Source: an uncultured Holophagales bacterium (GTDB lineage: Bacteria; Acidobacteriota; Thermoanaerobaculia; Multivoradales; UBA5704). From it: a stretch of DNA of 64,000 nucleotides. The stretch covers positions 544,001 to 608,000 of the forward strand of contig CAWJGT010000034.1 in the NCBI GenBank assembly GCA_963842525.1, written 5' to 3'. Below are positions 1 through 21,182 of this stretch, piece by piece. A program made the position numbers and the translations under genes. How positions within the stretch are numbered: the first letter of the stretch is position 1; every line of letters starts with the position of its first letter. The notes under the pieces are model-generated. The model was not told the origin of the DNA. It did no database searches and saw only the letters and a list, made by a program, of their open reading frames with translations.

Positions 1-2397
1 GCGCCGCCGTTCCAGGTCATGTTCCTCCTCCGGAGCCAGCCGGCGCCGCGGCTCTCCTTCGCGGGCCTCCGGATCGCCGTCTCGCCTCCCGATCCCGCGG
101 CGGACCTGGCGGGGGAGGTCTTCGAGCTCGGCCTTATCGCCGAAGAGATCGCCGAAGAGAGGTCCGATCCCCGCGGCGAGGGAGATGGCGGTGGCCATGG
201 CAACGGCGATATTGGGCTGCGGCTCGCCTACGACGCCCTCCTGTTCACCGAGGTGACGGCGGCGCGCCTCCTCGACCACTTGGCGGCCTTCCTCGCCGCC
301 GCGCTCGCCGCGCCGGAGCGGCCGCTCGCCGAGCTCCCCCTCCTCTCGACGTCCGAGCGCCGCCAGCTCCTCGCCTGGAGCGACGGCGGCGAGCACGGCG
401 AGGACGGCCAAGCTGGGGCCCAGCCGCCGCTGGCCCATCACGCCTTCCTCGCCCAGGCGGCGCGCACGCCCGGCGCGCCGGCCATTTTCGCCGCGGGTGC
501 CGAGGGTCGGGAGGTCTCTTATGGCGAGCTCGCACGCCTCGCGCGAGGCCTGGCGCGCCGGCTCATCGCCCAGGGGATCGGCCCGGAGAGCCGGGTGGCG
601 ATCGCCCTCGAGCGCTCGCCGCGCATGGTCGCCGCCGTCTTTGCCGTGCTCGCCGCGGGAGGAGCCTACGTGCCGCTCGACCCGGCGAGCCCGGTCGAGC
701 GCCTGGCCGTCATCCTCAGCGATGTCAGCGGTATCAGCGGCGTCGGGCGGGACACCGGCCAGGACGTCGGGCGCAGTGGGCGCGGCGCCGTCGCTGCGGC
801 GCTCCTCACCGGCGGCGGGCACGCGGCGGCGCGCGAGGCGGCCAGGCGCGCCGGCCTGCCCGTCGTCGACCTCGACGAGATCTGGCCGGCCCTCGAGGCC
901 GAGCCGGCGCCGACGGGAGAGCCGGCGAGCGACCCGACGATTGACCCGACGATTGGGGACGGCCACGAGGGCCTCGCCTACGTCATCTACACCTCGGGCT
1001 CGACCGGCGCGCCCAAGGGGGCGATGATCCGCCACGGCGGGCTCGCGAGCTACGTCTCCGCGACGCTACGGGACTTGACGCTCACCCCCTCCGACCGCAT
1101 GCTGCAGTTCGCCTCCCTCTCCGTCGACGCCAGCGTCGAGGAGATCTTCTGCTGCCTGGCGAGCGGCGCGGCGCTGATCCTCCGCAACGACGCGATGCTC
1201 GCAGGGGCGCCGGCCTTCCTGGGCGCCTGCGCGAGCTGGGGGGTGACCGTCTGCGACCTGCCCACCGTCTTCTGGCAAGAGCTGGTCGACCGGGTCGACG
1301 CCGGCGAGGCCGCCTGGCCGCCATCCCTCCGCCTCCTCGTCTTCGGCGGCGAGCGGGCGCTCCCCGAACGCGTCGCGCGCCTGCGCCGTCAGCTCGGCCC
1401 CGCGGTGCGGGTGATCAACTCCTACGGGCCGACGGAGGTCACCGTCGCCGCCACCTCGCACGCCGTCCAGGGCGAGCCGGACGGCCCGCCGCGCCCGCTC
1501 CGCGAGCTCCGCGAGTTCCCTATTGGCCGGCCGCTGCCGGGCGCCCGCGCCTACGTCCTGGACGGCGCGCGCGAGCTCTGCCCGCCGGGGATCCCCGGCG
1601 AGATCGCGATCGGTGGCGAGAGCCTCGCCCGCGGCTATCTCGGGCGCCCGGACCTGACCGCCAGCACCTTCCTTCCCGACCCCTTCGCGGGCCGCTCCGG
1701 CGCGCGGATGTACACGACCGGCGATTTGGCGCGCCATCTTCTGGATGGAGGGGGTCTGGATGGAGGGGAGGCCGGCGCGCTCGAGTACCTCGGCCGCATC
1801 GACCGCCAGGTCAAGTTGCGCGGCTTCCGCATCGAGCTGGCGGAGATCGAGGGGGTGCTCGCGCAGCACCCGGCGGTCGCCGAGGCGGCCGTGGGGATCG
1901 ACGAGCGGCGCGCCGGCGAGCGCGCGCTGGTCGCCTGGTGGGCGGCGCGGCCGGGGGAGGGCGCCACGGCGGCCGAGCTCCGCGGATTCTTGAAAGAGCG
2001 CCTCCCCGAGCCGGCGGTGCCGTCGCTCTTCGCCCTGCTTCCCGTCTTGCCGCGGAACGCGAGCGGCAAGCTCGACCGCCGGGCTCTTCCGATCCCCAAG
2101 CTCGACGCGACCTCGGCCGGCTGCTACGAAGCGCCGGCGACGCCGGCCGAGGAGGCGGTGGCATACGTCTGGCGCGACGTCCTGGGCGTCCCGCGCGTCG
2201 GGCGGAAGGACGACTTCTTCGCCCTGGGCGGCCGCTCGCTCCTCCTCCCTCGTGTCCGCCATCGCCTGGAGCAGGAGCTCGGCGTCCACCTGTCGCTCGC
2301 GAGCCTCCTTGAGCGGACGACCGCCGCGGCGCTCGCCCTGGCCGCCGAGGAGCTCCTCTTGGACGAGCTCGAGCGCGAGCTAGCGGCGGCCCGGTGA
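1..2397 (+). CDS. NRPS, 5'-truncated by the window: end of C domain, A domain (Lys/Orn/Arg-like), PCP
   Basis: A motifs LAYVIYTSGSTG, NSYGPTE, YTTGD, QVKLRGFRIEL; PCP FFALGGRSL; hand-extracted specificity code DAEDVGSVAK. Confidence 0.95.
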   Translation, partial: APPFQVMFLLRSQPAPRLSFAGLRIAVSPPDPAADLAGEVFELGLIAEEIAEERSDPRGEGDGGGHGNGDIGLRLAYDALLFTEVTAARLLDHLAAFLAAALAAPERPLAELPLLSTSERRQLLAWSDGGEHGEDGQAGAQPPLAHHAFLAQAARTPGAPAIFAAGAEGREVSYGELARLARGLARRLIAQGIGPESRVAIALERSPRMVAAVFAVLAAGGAYVPLDPASPVERLAVILSDVSGISGVGRDTGQDVGRSGRGAVAAALLTGGGHAAAREAARRAGLPVVDLDEIWPALEAEPAPTGEPASDPTIDPTIGDGHEGLAYVIYTSGSTGAPKGAMIRHGGLASYVSATLRDLTLTPSDRMLQFASLSVDASVEEIFCCLASGAALILRNDAMLAGAPAFLGACASWGVTVCDLPTVFWQELVDRVDAGEAAWPPSLRLLVFGGERALPERVARLRRQLGPAVRVINSYGPTEVTVAATSHAVQGEPDGPPRPLRELREFPIGRPLPGARAYVLDGARELCPPGIPGEIAIGGESLARGYLGRPDLTASTFLPDPFAGRSGARMYTTGDLARHLLDGGGLDGGEAGALEYLGRIDRQVKLRGFRIELAEIEGVLAQHPAVAEAAVGIDERRAGERALVAWWAARPGEGATAAELRGFLKERLPEPAVPSLFALLPVLPRNASGKLDRRALPIPKLDATSAGCYEAPATPAEEAVAYVWRDVLGVPRVGRKDDFFALGGRSLLLPRVRHRLEQELGVHLSLASLLERTTAAALALAAEELLLDELERELAAAR

Positions 2398-2499
2398 GGC
2401 CTGGCGGGCGGCGGGGGCGGCGGCCGCCGCAGGTGGGGGTGTGAGCGAGCCCATGGGTTGGGCTGCTGCGAGAGGTGTAGAATGACTGCGAGGTGAGCC

Positions 2500-2758
2500 A
2501 TGGAAGCGACTCTCGACCAACTCGGCAGGATCGAGCTCCCCGAGGAGCTTCCGTGACGATCTAGGGCTATCGGCCGGAACTGTGCTGACCATTGAAGAGA
2601 GGAGCGGCGGCATCCTCCTGAAGCCGGTCGGCAGCCGAGCAGGTCTGGTCCGCAAGGAAGGGGTCCTCGTGTTCGCCGGAGAAGCCGAAGAGGACCTCGC
2701 CCTGGCGGTGCAGAGGGACCGAGACGAGCGGTCGCGCAAGGTGGCCGGCCTCGGATGA
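2500..2758 (+). CDS. AbrB/MazE/SpoVT-family antitoxin (one apparent frameshift near 2551)
   Basis: MEATLDQLGRIELPEEL / DDLGLSAGTVLTIEERSGGILLKP; ATGA overlap with the downstream PIN gene. Confidence 0.8.
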
Positions 2759-3192
2759 GGTTCTTTTTCGATACCTCCGTCCTGGTTGCCGCCCTCTTTG
2801 AAGGGCATGCTTTCCATCGCCAGGCTTTTCCCTGGCTGAAGCGTGCCCGCGAGCGCGAATTCTCCTTCCTCGTGGCGACCCATACGTTGGCCGAGCTGTA
2901 TTCGGCACTGACGAGTTTGCCGGTCAAGCCGAAGATCACTCCTGGTGCGGCTCAAGAGTTGATTCACGAGAATGTGGAGACCGTAGCGGAAATGGTTTCT
3001 CTGTCTCCAGCCGATTATTCGCTGACGCTTCAGCGAGTTGCGGAGCTTGGACTGCCGGGCAGCGTTGTCTATGATGCCCTCCTGGCGCGAGCCGCCGAGA
3101 AGTCGGCAGCGGACCGGCTGCTCACGTTCAACGTCAAGGACTTTCGGCGCGTCTGGCCTTCTGGAACTTCGGTTCTTTTCGTTCCCGAGTAG
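2755..3192 (+). CDS. PIN-domain (VapC-like) toxin
   Basis: FFDTSVLVAA...HTLAELY...YDALL...LLTFNVKDF, PIN acidic motifs. Confidence 0.9.
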   Translation: MRFFFDTSVLVAALFEGHAFHRQAFPWLKRAREREFSFLVATHTLAELYSALTSLPVKPKITPGAAQELIHENVETVAEMVSLSPADYSLTLQRVAELGLPGSVVYDALLARAAEKSAADRLLTFNVKDFRRVWPSGTSVLFVPE

Positions 3193-3241
3193 CCGCCGGA
3201 GGGATGTGAGCGGCGGCGCGACGAGGAGGTGGGAGTCCGCC

Positions 3242-3316
3242 TCAATGCGATCCTGAGCTGGCGGCGGCCCGCTGAGGGGATGCGTAGGCCAGTCCATGCT
3301 CCAGCCGGATCTTCAT
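3242..3316 (-). pseudogene. N-terminal remnant, probably of a retropepsin-like aspartyl protease gene
   Basis: MKIRLEHGLAY starts with an ATGA overlap on the stop of 3313-3573 and ends after 24 codons; family assignment rests on recalled gene-pair context. Confidence 0.4.
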
Positions 3317-3573
3317 CCGGCGACGCGGAGGCCGAGCAGGGTGCGCTCGGTGATCTCCAGCTCTTCGCGATCGCTGTGGACAACGTACAGCTCCCGCGAC
3401 GGAGCGTCGCGGTGGAGTCTCAAGTATCCACGGAGAGCTGTTTCCCCGTCCGGGAACGCGTCGACGACGGCCAACTCGTCCAGTTGCCGTTTTCCCGCTT
3501 CCGAATGTGCCTGCAGCGCTTCGACCAGGAGCCACTGGTGAGGATAGTGCCGGCGGATGTCCGTCCAGATCAT
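3313..3573 (-). CDS. Small conserved hypothetical protein
   Basis: MIWTDIRRHYPHQWLLVEAL...ELYVVHSDREEL; GGAGG RBS upstream. Confidence 0.75.
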   Translation of the reverse strand: MIWTDIRRHYPHQWLLVEALQAHSEAGKRQLDELAVVDAFPDGETALRGYLRLHRDAPSRELYVVHSDREELEITERTLLGLRVAG

Positions 3574-3725
3574 GTTGGCCTCCGCACGACCACGGGTCGC
3601 CTCCCGTGGCAGCGCCTGTCTCTTAGCTTAGGGCTCGTCACGAAATAAGTGTCTCATCTGCGGGCTCTCTCGCCCCGGGAAGTCAACGCCGTCTGACGAC
3701 TGCACCAAAGGTACGGCGCGACGCT

Positions 3726-3891
3726 AGGAGCGCCAGCGTCTCGCCGGCATCATCAAGACAGCGGGCCGAAAGCCCGGCCTTCTGGGAAGAACGGCGGGAA
3801 GCGAGGTGGGGGTTCGGGCTGGCTGCGGAGGCCCATCGCCGGTCGCCGTAGCCGCGGGGACTGTGGGCCGGCGGGACGCCGGCGCTCCCAG
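3726..3891. repeat. REPIN-like inverted pair (GGGAGCGCCGGCGTCCCGCCGGC family)
   Basis: aggagcgccagcgtctcgccggc ... gccggcgggacgccggcgctcccag; same family as 43752-43859. Confidence 0.7.
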
Positions 3892-3917
3892 TGGGCGATG
3901 GCTCGGCCCTTGCGCGA

Positions 3918-4232
3918 GTCGAACCGCTGCCGCGGCGGCGACAACGCCCACCGCGGGACCAGCTACAGCCACCGCAGGGAGTCGAACCGCTGCCGCGGCG
4001 GCGACAACGCCCGCCGCGGGACCAGCTACAGCCACCGCGGGGAGTCGAACCGCTGCCGCGGCGGCGACAACGCCCACCGCGGGACCAGCTACAGCCACCG
4101 CGGGAAGTCGAACCGCTGCCGCGGCGGCGACAACGCCCGCCGCGGGACCAGCTACAGCCACCGCGGGAAGTCGAACCGCTGCCGCGGCGGCGGCAACGCC
4201 CACCGCGGCAGCAGCTCCATCCACCGCGGGGA
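3918..4232. repeat. Tandem repeat, 5 x 63 bp (3 x 21-bp subunits)
   Basis: Units start at 3918, 3981, 4044, 4107 and 4170; CCGCGG core recurs every 21 bp. Confidence 0.95.
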
Positions 4233-4527
4233 GTTCGAACCAGTCCGCGGGACCAGCAGGACTGCCGGCTTCCCGCCCTAGATCCTACACTCCCGTTCAG
4301 CATGACACGATAGACCGGGCTCTGCGGTGAGAACCTTCCTGGATCGCTGGCGAGCTTCTTTGGAAGACCGAAACTGCGACACTTATTTCGTGACGAGCCC
4401 TTACCGCATCACCACACCAGCGCGGTGAAGCCGCCGTCCATGCGGTGAGGGCTCCGCCATCCGCTGATCGTCTAACATCTCTGCTTCCCCGTCGCGGCAG
4501 GAGCCCGCGAGGAGAGATGGACGACCG

Positions 4528-16443
<11,916 letters not shown>

Positions 16444-16637
16444 CGCAGGGGACCGCGATGAACACGAGCGGGTCGCAGGGGCTCACGTTGAACAGGATGC
16501 TCGCCATCGTTTTCGCGAGACCGAGCGCGGCGGCGAGCCCCGCCGCCAGACCGATCGCCAGGAGCGCGACGCCCTTCCACAGGAAATGGCGCAGGATGTC
16601 CGGCTGATCCGCGCCAAGCGCCATGCGGATGCCGATC

Positions 16638-16742
16638 TCAAAAAACGTCCGGGTCCGTCCAGAGGGCATGGACGGCGTCGAGGTCGTCTCCGGCAAGGGG
16701 TCGAAGGCGCAGCCGGGAAGTGGAGAGATGGGGCTGGTCCAT
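16638..16742 (-). pseudogene. N-terminal fragment of a RimJ/RimL GNAT acetyltransferase
   Basis: Hand translation MDQPHLSTSRLRLRPLAGDDLDAVHALWTDPDVF*. Confidence 0.7.
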
Positions 16743-16976
16743 AGTCCCGATTATGGCCGATGAGCCTACGGGTGAGGGGATCGCCCGTCGTCCAGCGTTC
16801 CTTCATCCAGACCCGGTGGGGTGAGCGATTCCGGTCCTCTGCTCCACCCGATTTCAAAAGATCCCGGCCGATCGGCCCCCTGGCAGACCGGCCGTACAGA
16901 AACTTCCGCTTTTCCCACCCCTACGCCCTTCCTCCCGGGCCGGCCGCAGTCAAGGCCGGCCCTCCTGCCTCGCCTG

Positions 16977-17474
16977 TTACAAACCCCAGAGCTTGTGGTG
17001 ACCTCGACGGGGAGATTGTACATGCCGTCGCAACGCCGATCGACGCGATCGAGCCGCGGTGAAGATACATGCCGGAGACGCCACCAGCTCCTCGAGTTTC
17101 GATCCGGCATGAAGGGCCTCGTTCACGGCGTGGACGTCGGCCGACTCCAGTGCAAGGCGCTGAAAAGCCGGCGTTCGCGCATATCGCTCCGCGCTCCGCA
17201 TGGCTGCCTGATAGCAGGGCTCGTCGGCCAGCTTGCCCGTCTCGACAACCCGACCCTCCGAATCGAAGCACAGATAGTCCTCTGAGAACTGGTGGATCCC
17301 CATTCCCTCGAGAAGGAGCCGGCCCCAGGCGATCTGTGTGAATTTGTAGGCTCGATCCGCGAGCAGCTCGGCGATGCCTTGATTGACCAGGGATCGATGG
17401 ATCTCAATTTCTGAAGCTTCGGGATGCGAGGCAAGGATTTGAACCAGCCGTGACAGGGCATCATCTGGTTTCAT
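16977..17474 (-). CDS. Hypothetical protein (C-terminus possibly degraded)
   Basis: MKPDDALSRL... with GGAGG RBS; globular-looking composition, lower GC. Confidence 0.6.
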   Translation of the reverse strand: MKPDDALSRLVQILASHPEASEIEIHRSLVNQGIAELLADRAYKFTQIAWGRLLLEGMGIHQFSEDYLCFDSEGRVVETGKLADEPCYQAAMRSAERYARTPAFQRLALESADVHAVNEALHAGSKLEELVASPACIFTAARSRRSALRRHVQSPRRGHHKLWGL

Positions 17475-17535
17475 GTTCCTGTCCTCCAGGCTTCCGGGAC
17501 CAGGGCGATCCCGGAAGCTCACTGCACCCGTCCCC

Positions 17536-18672
17536 CTATGGCGAGGCGTAGTTGACCGCGTGGCCTCGGACCGTGACTCCTTCGAGGATCCCGAAGTTCA
17601 ACGACTGGAAGTCGACGAAGTTGAACATCAGGGTGCAGGGCGAGAGGTCGTCCTGATCTCCCTGGAGCAGGCCCTCGACGCAGTTGGCGTAGTGGTGATG
17701 GGCTCCCATCAGGTGCCCGAGCTCATGGGCGGCGACCTCCGGATGGGCATCGACGTTCACCCGGAACGGCCCGAGGACGCCTTCCGCGATGCCCTCCGCC
17801 TCGCCGACCGCGAAGGCGTGATGCGCGAACCGGACGCCGCCGATGCAGTCGGCCAGGCCGGCCAGCGCGGTGTCGCCATCCGTGGTGAGGTCCTTGCTGC
17901 TCAGGATGTAGACTAGGTCCGATCCGGTCGGCCGCACACCGCCGAAGTGGTCCTTGGCCTGCTGGATGATGCCGGCACCCTCGGTGCCGGTGAAAGTGAC
18001 GGTGTCATACGAGACGACGTTCAGGTCGATGCCGAGCGGCGCGTACGACTGCGCGGCCGTGGTCATGAGCAGGTCGGCGTCTCCGACGCTCACGCCGTCC
18101 AGAAGGACCGCGACGTCGAGCGACACCGTCTGGCCGGCGTCGGTGATCCCCGGAATGCCAATGGCGGCGGGAATCAATTCGAGGCAGGCGTTCGGGTCTT
18201 CCGGCTCGATCGCGGGGCTGGTGGTCGCGCTCGCGACGCCCTGGTAGGTGGAGCCCGAGGTGACCTGGAAGGGCAGCACGCGCACCTTGTACGGGCCGGT
18301 GCCGTGCAGGTTGTCGTGCTTGATCACGACAGCTTCGTTCCCGCCGTCATTGGCCGAGCGCCCGGCCTCGGTGCCGTTCGGGTAATAGACGTAGAGATCA
18401 TAGTCGTCCGCCGGGTTATTGCTCGCGACCGCCACCACGAAACGGTCCCCCGGGCTCAGGTTGACAGTCAGAGCGAACTTGTCGCAGGAGGGGTTGAGCG
18501 GAGTGATGCACCCGAGCTGATTGGGGACCCCCACGGTGTAGGGTCCGCCCTCCCAGCTCGCTGAGCCGCCGGACGAGACCGTGCCCGCGTTGGGCGCGGC
18601 GGCATGGGCGGCCGTGGCGATGCAAAGGACGGCAACGAACAGGAAAATCCGCGATCTCAAGAAACGCTTCAT
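17536..18672 (-). CDS. Secreted zinc metalloprotease (reprolysin/M12-like) with PPC-like domain
   Basis: Signal peptide MKRFLRSR...AAHA; DYDLYVY; HELGHLMGAHH and Met-turn CTLM. Confidence 0.85.
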   Translation of the reverse strand: MKRFLRSRIFLFVAVLCIATAAHAAAPNAGTVSSGGSASWEGGPYTVGVPNQLGCITPLNPSCDKFALTVNLSPGDRFVVAVASNNPADDYDLYVYYPNGTEAGRSANDGGNEAVVIKHDNLHGTGPYKVRVLPFQVTSGSTYQGVASATTSPAIEPEDPNACLELIPAAIGIPGITDAGQTVSLDVAVLLDGVSVGDADLLMTTAAQSYAPLGIDLNVVSYDTVTFTGTEGAGIIQQAKDHFGGVRPTGSDLVYILSSKDLTTDGDTALAGLADCIGGVRFAHHAFAVGEAEGIAEGVLGPFRVNVDAHPEVAAHELGHLMGAHHHYANCVEGLLQGDQDDLSPCTLMFNFVDFQSLNFGILEGVTVRGHAVNYASP

Positions 18673-18834
18673 GAACGCCTCCTCGTAAGGTACAAGTGTA
18701 GTGCCACTCCTAAGGTGGGAGCATTCTAGAGGCGACGGGGAGATAGGGAATAGAGGGAAATCCCTCATCTCCAGAGAGGGGAAAACCCTCAGAGGGTGTT
18801 GGAAAGCGCTGGTGGCAGGGCTCGCGGTCACCTA

Positions 18835-19047
18835 CGACCGCCGGACGCCCTCGACGCGCTGATCGCCGAGGGCAGGGTGCGGCCCGTCTTCTCGTCGCAG
18901 CCGGAGGAGATCCAGCCCGACCGCCTCCGCCTCCGCCTGCAGGGCGACACGGTCGAGCTGGAGAACGACTACGTCTTCGTCTTCGCCGGCGGCGTTCCTC
19001 CGTTCGACTTCCTCAAGAAGATCGGGGTGGCCTTCGGCGGCGGATGA
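18835..19047 (+). pseudogene. C-terminal fragment of a thioredoxin-reductase-like NAD(P)/FAD oxidoreductase
   Basis: VELENDYVFVFAGGVPPFDFLKKIGV; no N-terminal part. Confidence 0.7.
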
Positions 19048-19050
19048 CTC

Positions 19051-19625
19051 CTACTGCCCCCCGCCCGCGCTCCACGGCGGCACGATGCCGCTCATGCGGG
19101 CGTAGGCGATCGACTGGCCGAGGTGCTCGTGGGCGTGGGTGGCGATGATCATCATGCCCTCGCGCACGGTGCCGTCGTGGTCGAAGATCTTGATAGTCCG
19201 CTCGAGATCGGCGTCCGAGGCCGACGTGATGGCCTTGCGGGCGTGGTCGAAGGACTTCTTGAGCGCGTCGATCACCTTCGCCTTGTCGGTCTCCTTCTCC
19301 ATCTCGCGGCTGAGCCCCTCGGGCGGCTTGACGCCCCAGAGGGTCGGCAGGAAGTAGTTGCCGCCCGCAACGTGCATGAACACCGCGGACGTCGAGCGGA
19401 CCTTGTCGTTGGGACGCCAGGCGAGCTTGTCGGCCGGGGTGGCCTCGGCCAGGGCGATCAGCTTCTTCTCGGCGTCATCGATCTGCCGCACGAGCTCCAC
19501 GCGGAAACCGCCCGCAGCCGGCGCGGCGGCGGGCTTCTCCATCGTCGTCTGGGCCAGCACCGGCGACGGCCAGGAAGAGCCAGCAGCGTCAGCGCAAGAG
19601 GGAAAGCCAGAGCTTTGCGCATCAT
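19051..19625 (-). CDS. Secreted DinB-family protein (apparent frameshift in the signal peptide)
   Basis: WRPNDKVRS...FMHVAGGNY...HAHEHLGQSIAYARMSGIVPPWS; AAGGAG RBS before MMRKALAF. Confidence 0.85.
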
Positions 19626-19676
19626 CATCTCCTTTCAGGAAAACCGGGGACATCTTAGCGCTAGAATCGCCTCCCG

Positions 19677-20975
19677 ATGATGCACATGACCCTTGCCCTG
19701 CTGGCGAGCGTGGGAGCGTTCGCCCTCCTGGTCGCGCTCGTCGCCTGGCTGCAGCGCAAGATCTTCCTGGTGCGGCAGCTCGCCTTCCCTCTCTACATCG
19801 CCTCCGCGGCGGCCGCGGTCCAGGTGTACATCTTGCTGATGCCGGACCACAATCCGCTGGCCCTCCAGCGCACCCTGGCCTGGCTGCTCCTCTTCGCCGG
19901 CCTCGCCGCCGTGCTGCGGCTCTTGGCGCTCTACCTCTTCGACGTCCACCTGTACGCGCAGAAGGGCATCCGGCTCCCGCCGCTCCTCACGGCGGTGACC
20001 ATGGCCATGGTCTATCTGGTGACCGCCCTCATCACCCTGCGGCTGACGATCCCCGACATCGACATCACGGCCCTGGTGGCGACGAGCGCGGTGACCTCGC
20101 TGGTCCTCGGCCTGGCACTCCAGCCGATCCTCTCCAACTTCTTCGCCGGCCTCGTGGTCAGCCTCGAGCGGCCGTTCCGGATCAACGACTGGATCCGGGT
20201 CGGCGAGCACGAGGGGCGGGTGGTCGCCATCACCTGGCGCACCACCCACCTGCGGACGCGGGAGAACGACACCCTGGTGATCCCGAACGGCAAGCTGGCG
20301 GACGAACGGGTGCTCAACTATTACTCCCCGCACCCCACGCACATGGAGCGCCTCAAGGTGGGGGCGAGCTACAAGGTTCCGCCCTACCGCGTGCGCCGTG
20401 CCCTGTTGCAGTCCGTGGTCGGCGTGGCCGGCGCCCTCGACAAGCCGAGCCCCGAGGTCTATGTGCTCTCCTTCGACGAGAGCGCCGTCCTCTACGAGCT
20501 GCGGGTCTGGACCGAGGACGTGGCTCAGAGCCCGCGCATCGCGAGCGACATCCGGGCGCGCATCTGGGAGGAGCTCAAGAAGGCGGGGATCCCCATCCCC
20601 TACCCCACCCGCACGATCGATCTGCCGCCGCGCCCCCGGCGGAAGACCGAGCAGCCGGCAGAGGGTCCAGAGCCGGCCCGCCTCTACGTGGCGGAAGGGC
20701 CCGACCGCGGGACCTCGCTGGCTCTCGACGGCCTCCAGGAGGGACCCGTGACCGTGGGGCGCTCGCGCGGCTGCACGCTCTCGCTGACCGAGCCCAACGC
20801 CAGCAAGGATCACCTCCAGATCGAGTGGAAGGACGGAGCATGGGTGCTCTCCGACCTCGAAAGCAGCTTCGGGACCCGGGTCAACGGCGGCGAGCCTGTC
20901 GAGAGCGTTCCCCTCGCGCCGCTCGACCGCATCGCGATCGGCGACACGGTCATCATTTTCGAGAGCGACGGCTGA
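19677..20975 (+). CDS. MscS-family mechanosensitive channel with C-terminal FHA domain
   Basis: TM helices, GLALQPILSNFFAGL..ERPFRINDWI, IPIPYP; FHA TVGRS...ASKDH...GTRVNG. Confidence 0.9.
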   Translation: MMHMTLALLASVGAFALLVALVAWLQRKIFLVRQLAFPLYIASAAAAVQVYILLMPDHNPLALQRTLAWLLLFAGLAAVLRLLALYLFDVHLYAQKGIRLPPLLTAVTMAMVYLVTALITLRLTIPDIDITALVATSAVTSLVLGLALQPILSNFFAGLVVSLERPFRINDWIRVGEHEGRVVAITWRTTHLRTRENDTLVIPNGKLADERVLNYYSPHPTHMERLKVGASYKVPPYRVRRALLQSVVGVAGALDKPSPEVYVLSFDESAVLYELRVWTEDVAQSPRIASDIRARIWEELKKAGIPIPYPTRTIDLPPRPRRKTEQPAEGPEPARLYVAEGPDRGTSLALDGLQEGPVTVGRSRGCTLSLTEPNASKDHLQIEWKDGAWVLSDLESSFGTRVNGGEPVESVPLAPLDRIAIGDTVIIFESDG

Positions 20976-21004
20976 CCGTGGACGTTAACTTTGCGCCGGA
21001 ATCT

Positions 21005-21125
21005 TCTCGTAGGGGCGGGTTTGGGGGATCGGGCGGTGGGGCAACCCGCCCTCTTCGCGTCGTATGCGCCCCCACCCAGGGCGGGTCGCGCCGCCTCCCA
21101 ACCGCCCAGACCCGCCCCTACGAGA
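21005..21125. repeat. GTAG-type REP inverted pair (REPIN)
   Basis: tctcgtaggggcgggt ... acccgcccctacgaga with internal hairpins. Confidence 0.8.
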
Positions 21126-21182
21126 GGCGCACCAGGCAAGTCAATCGTCCAAACCCTTCTCCCCCATCTCCGTAGTAGCTGC

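Larger units (their letters stand above)
3631..4400. mobile_element. Non-autonomous MITE (IS5/ISL2-like ends), 770 bp
   Basis: Perfect 23-bp TIRs GGGCTCGTCACGAAATAAGTGTC (3631-3653) and its reverse complement (4378-4400); TTA direct repeat at 3628-3630 and 4401-4403; no transposase inside. Confidence 0.85.

Noticed and set aside
3918-4232. Repeat array as a CRISPR
   Set aside because: Units are contiguous near-identical 63-mers with no unique spacers, and no cas genes are in the window.
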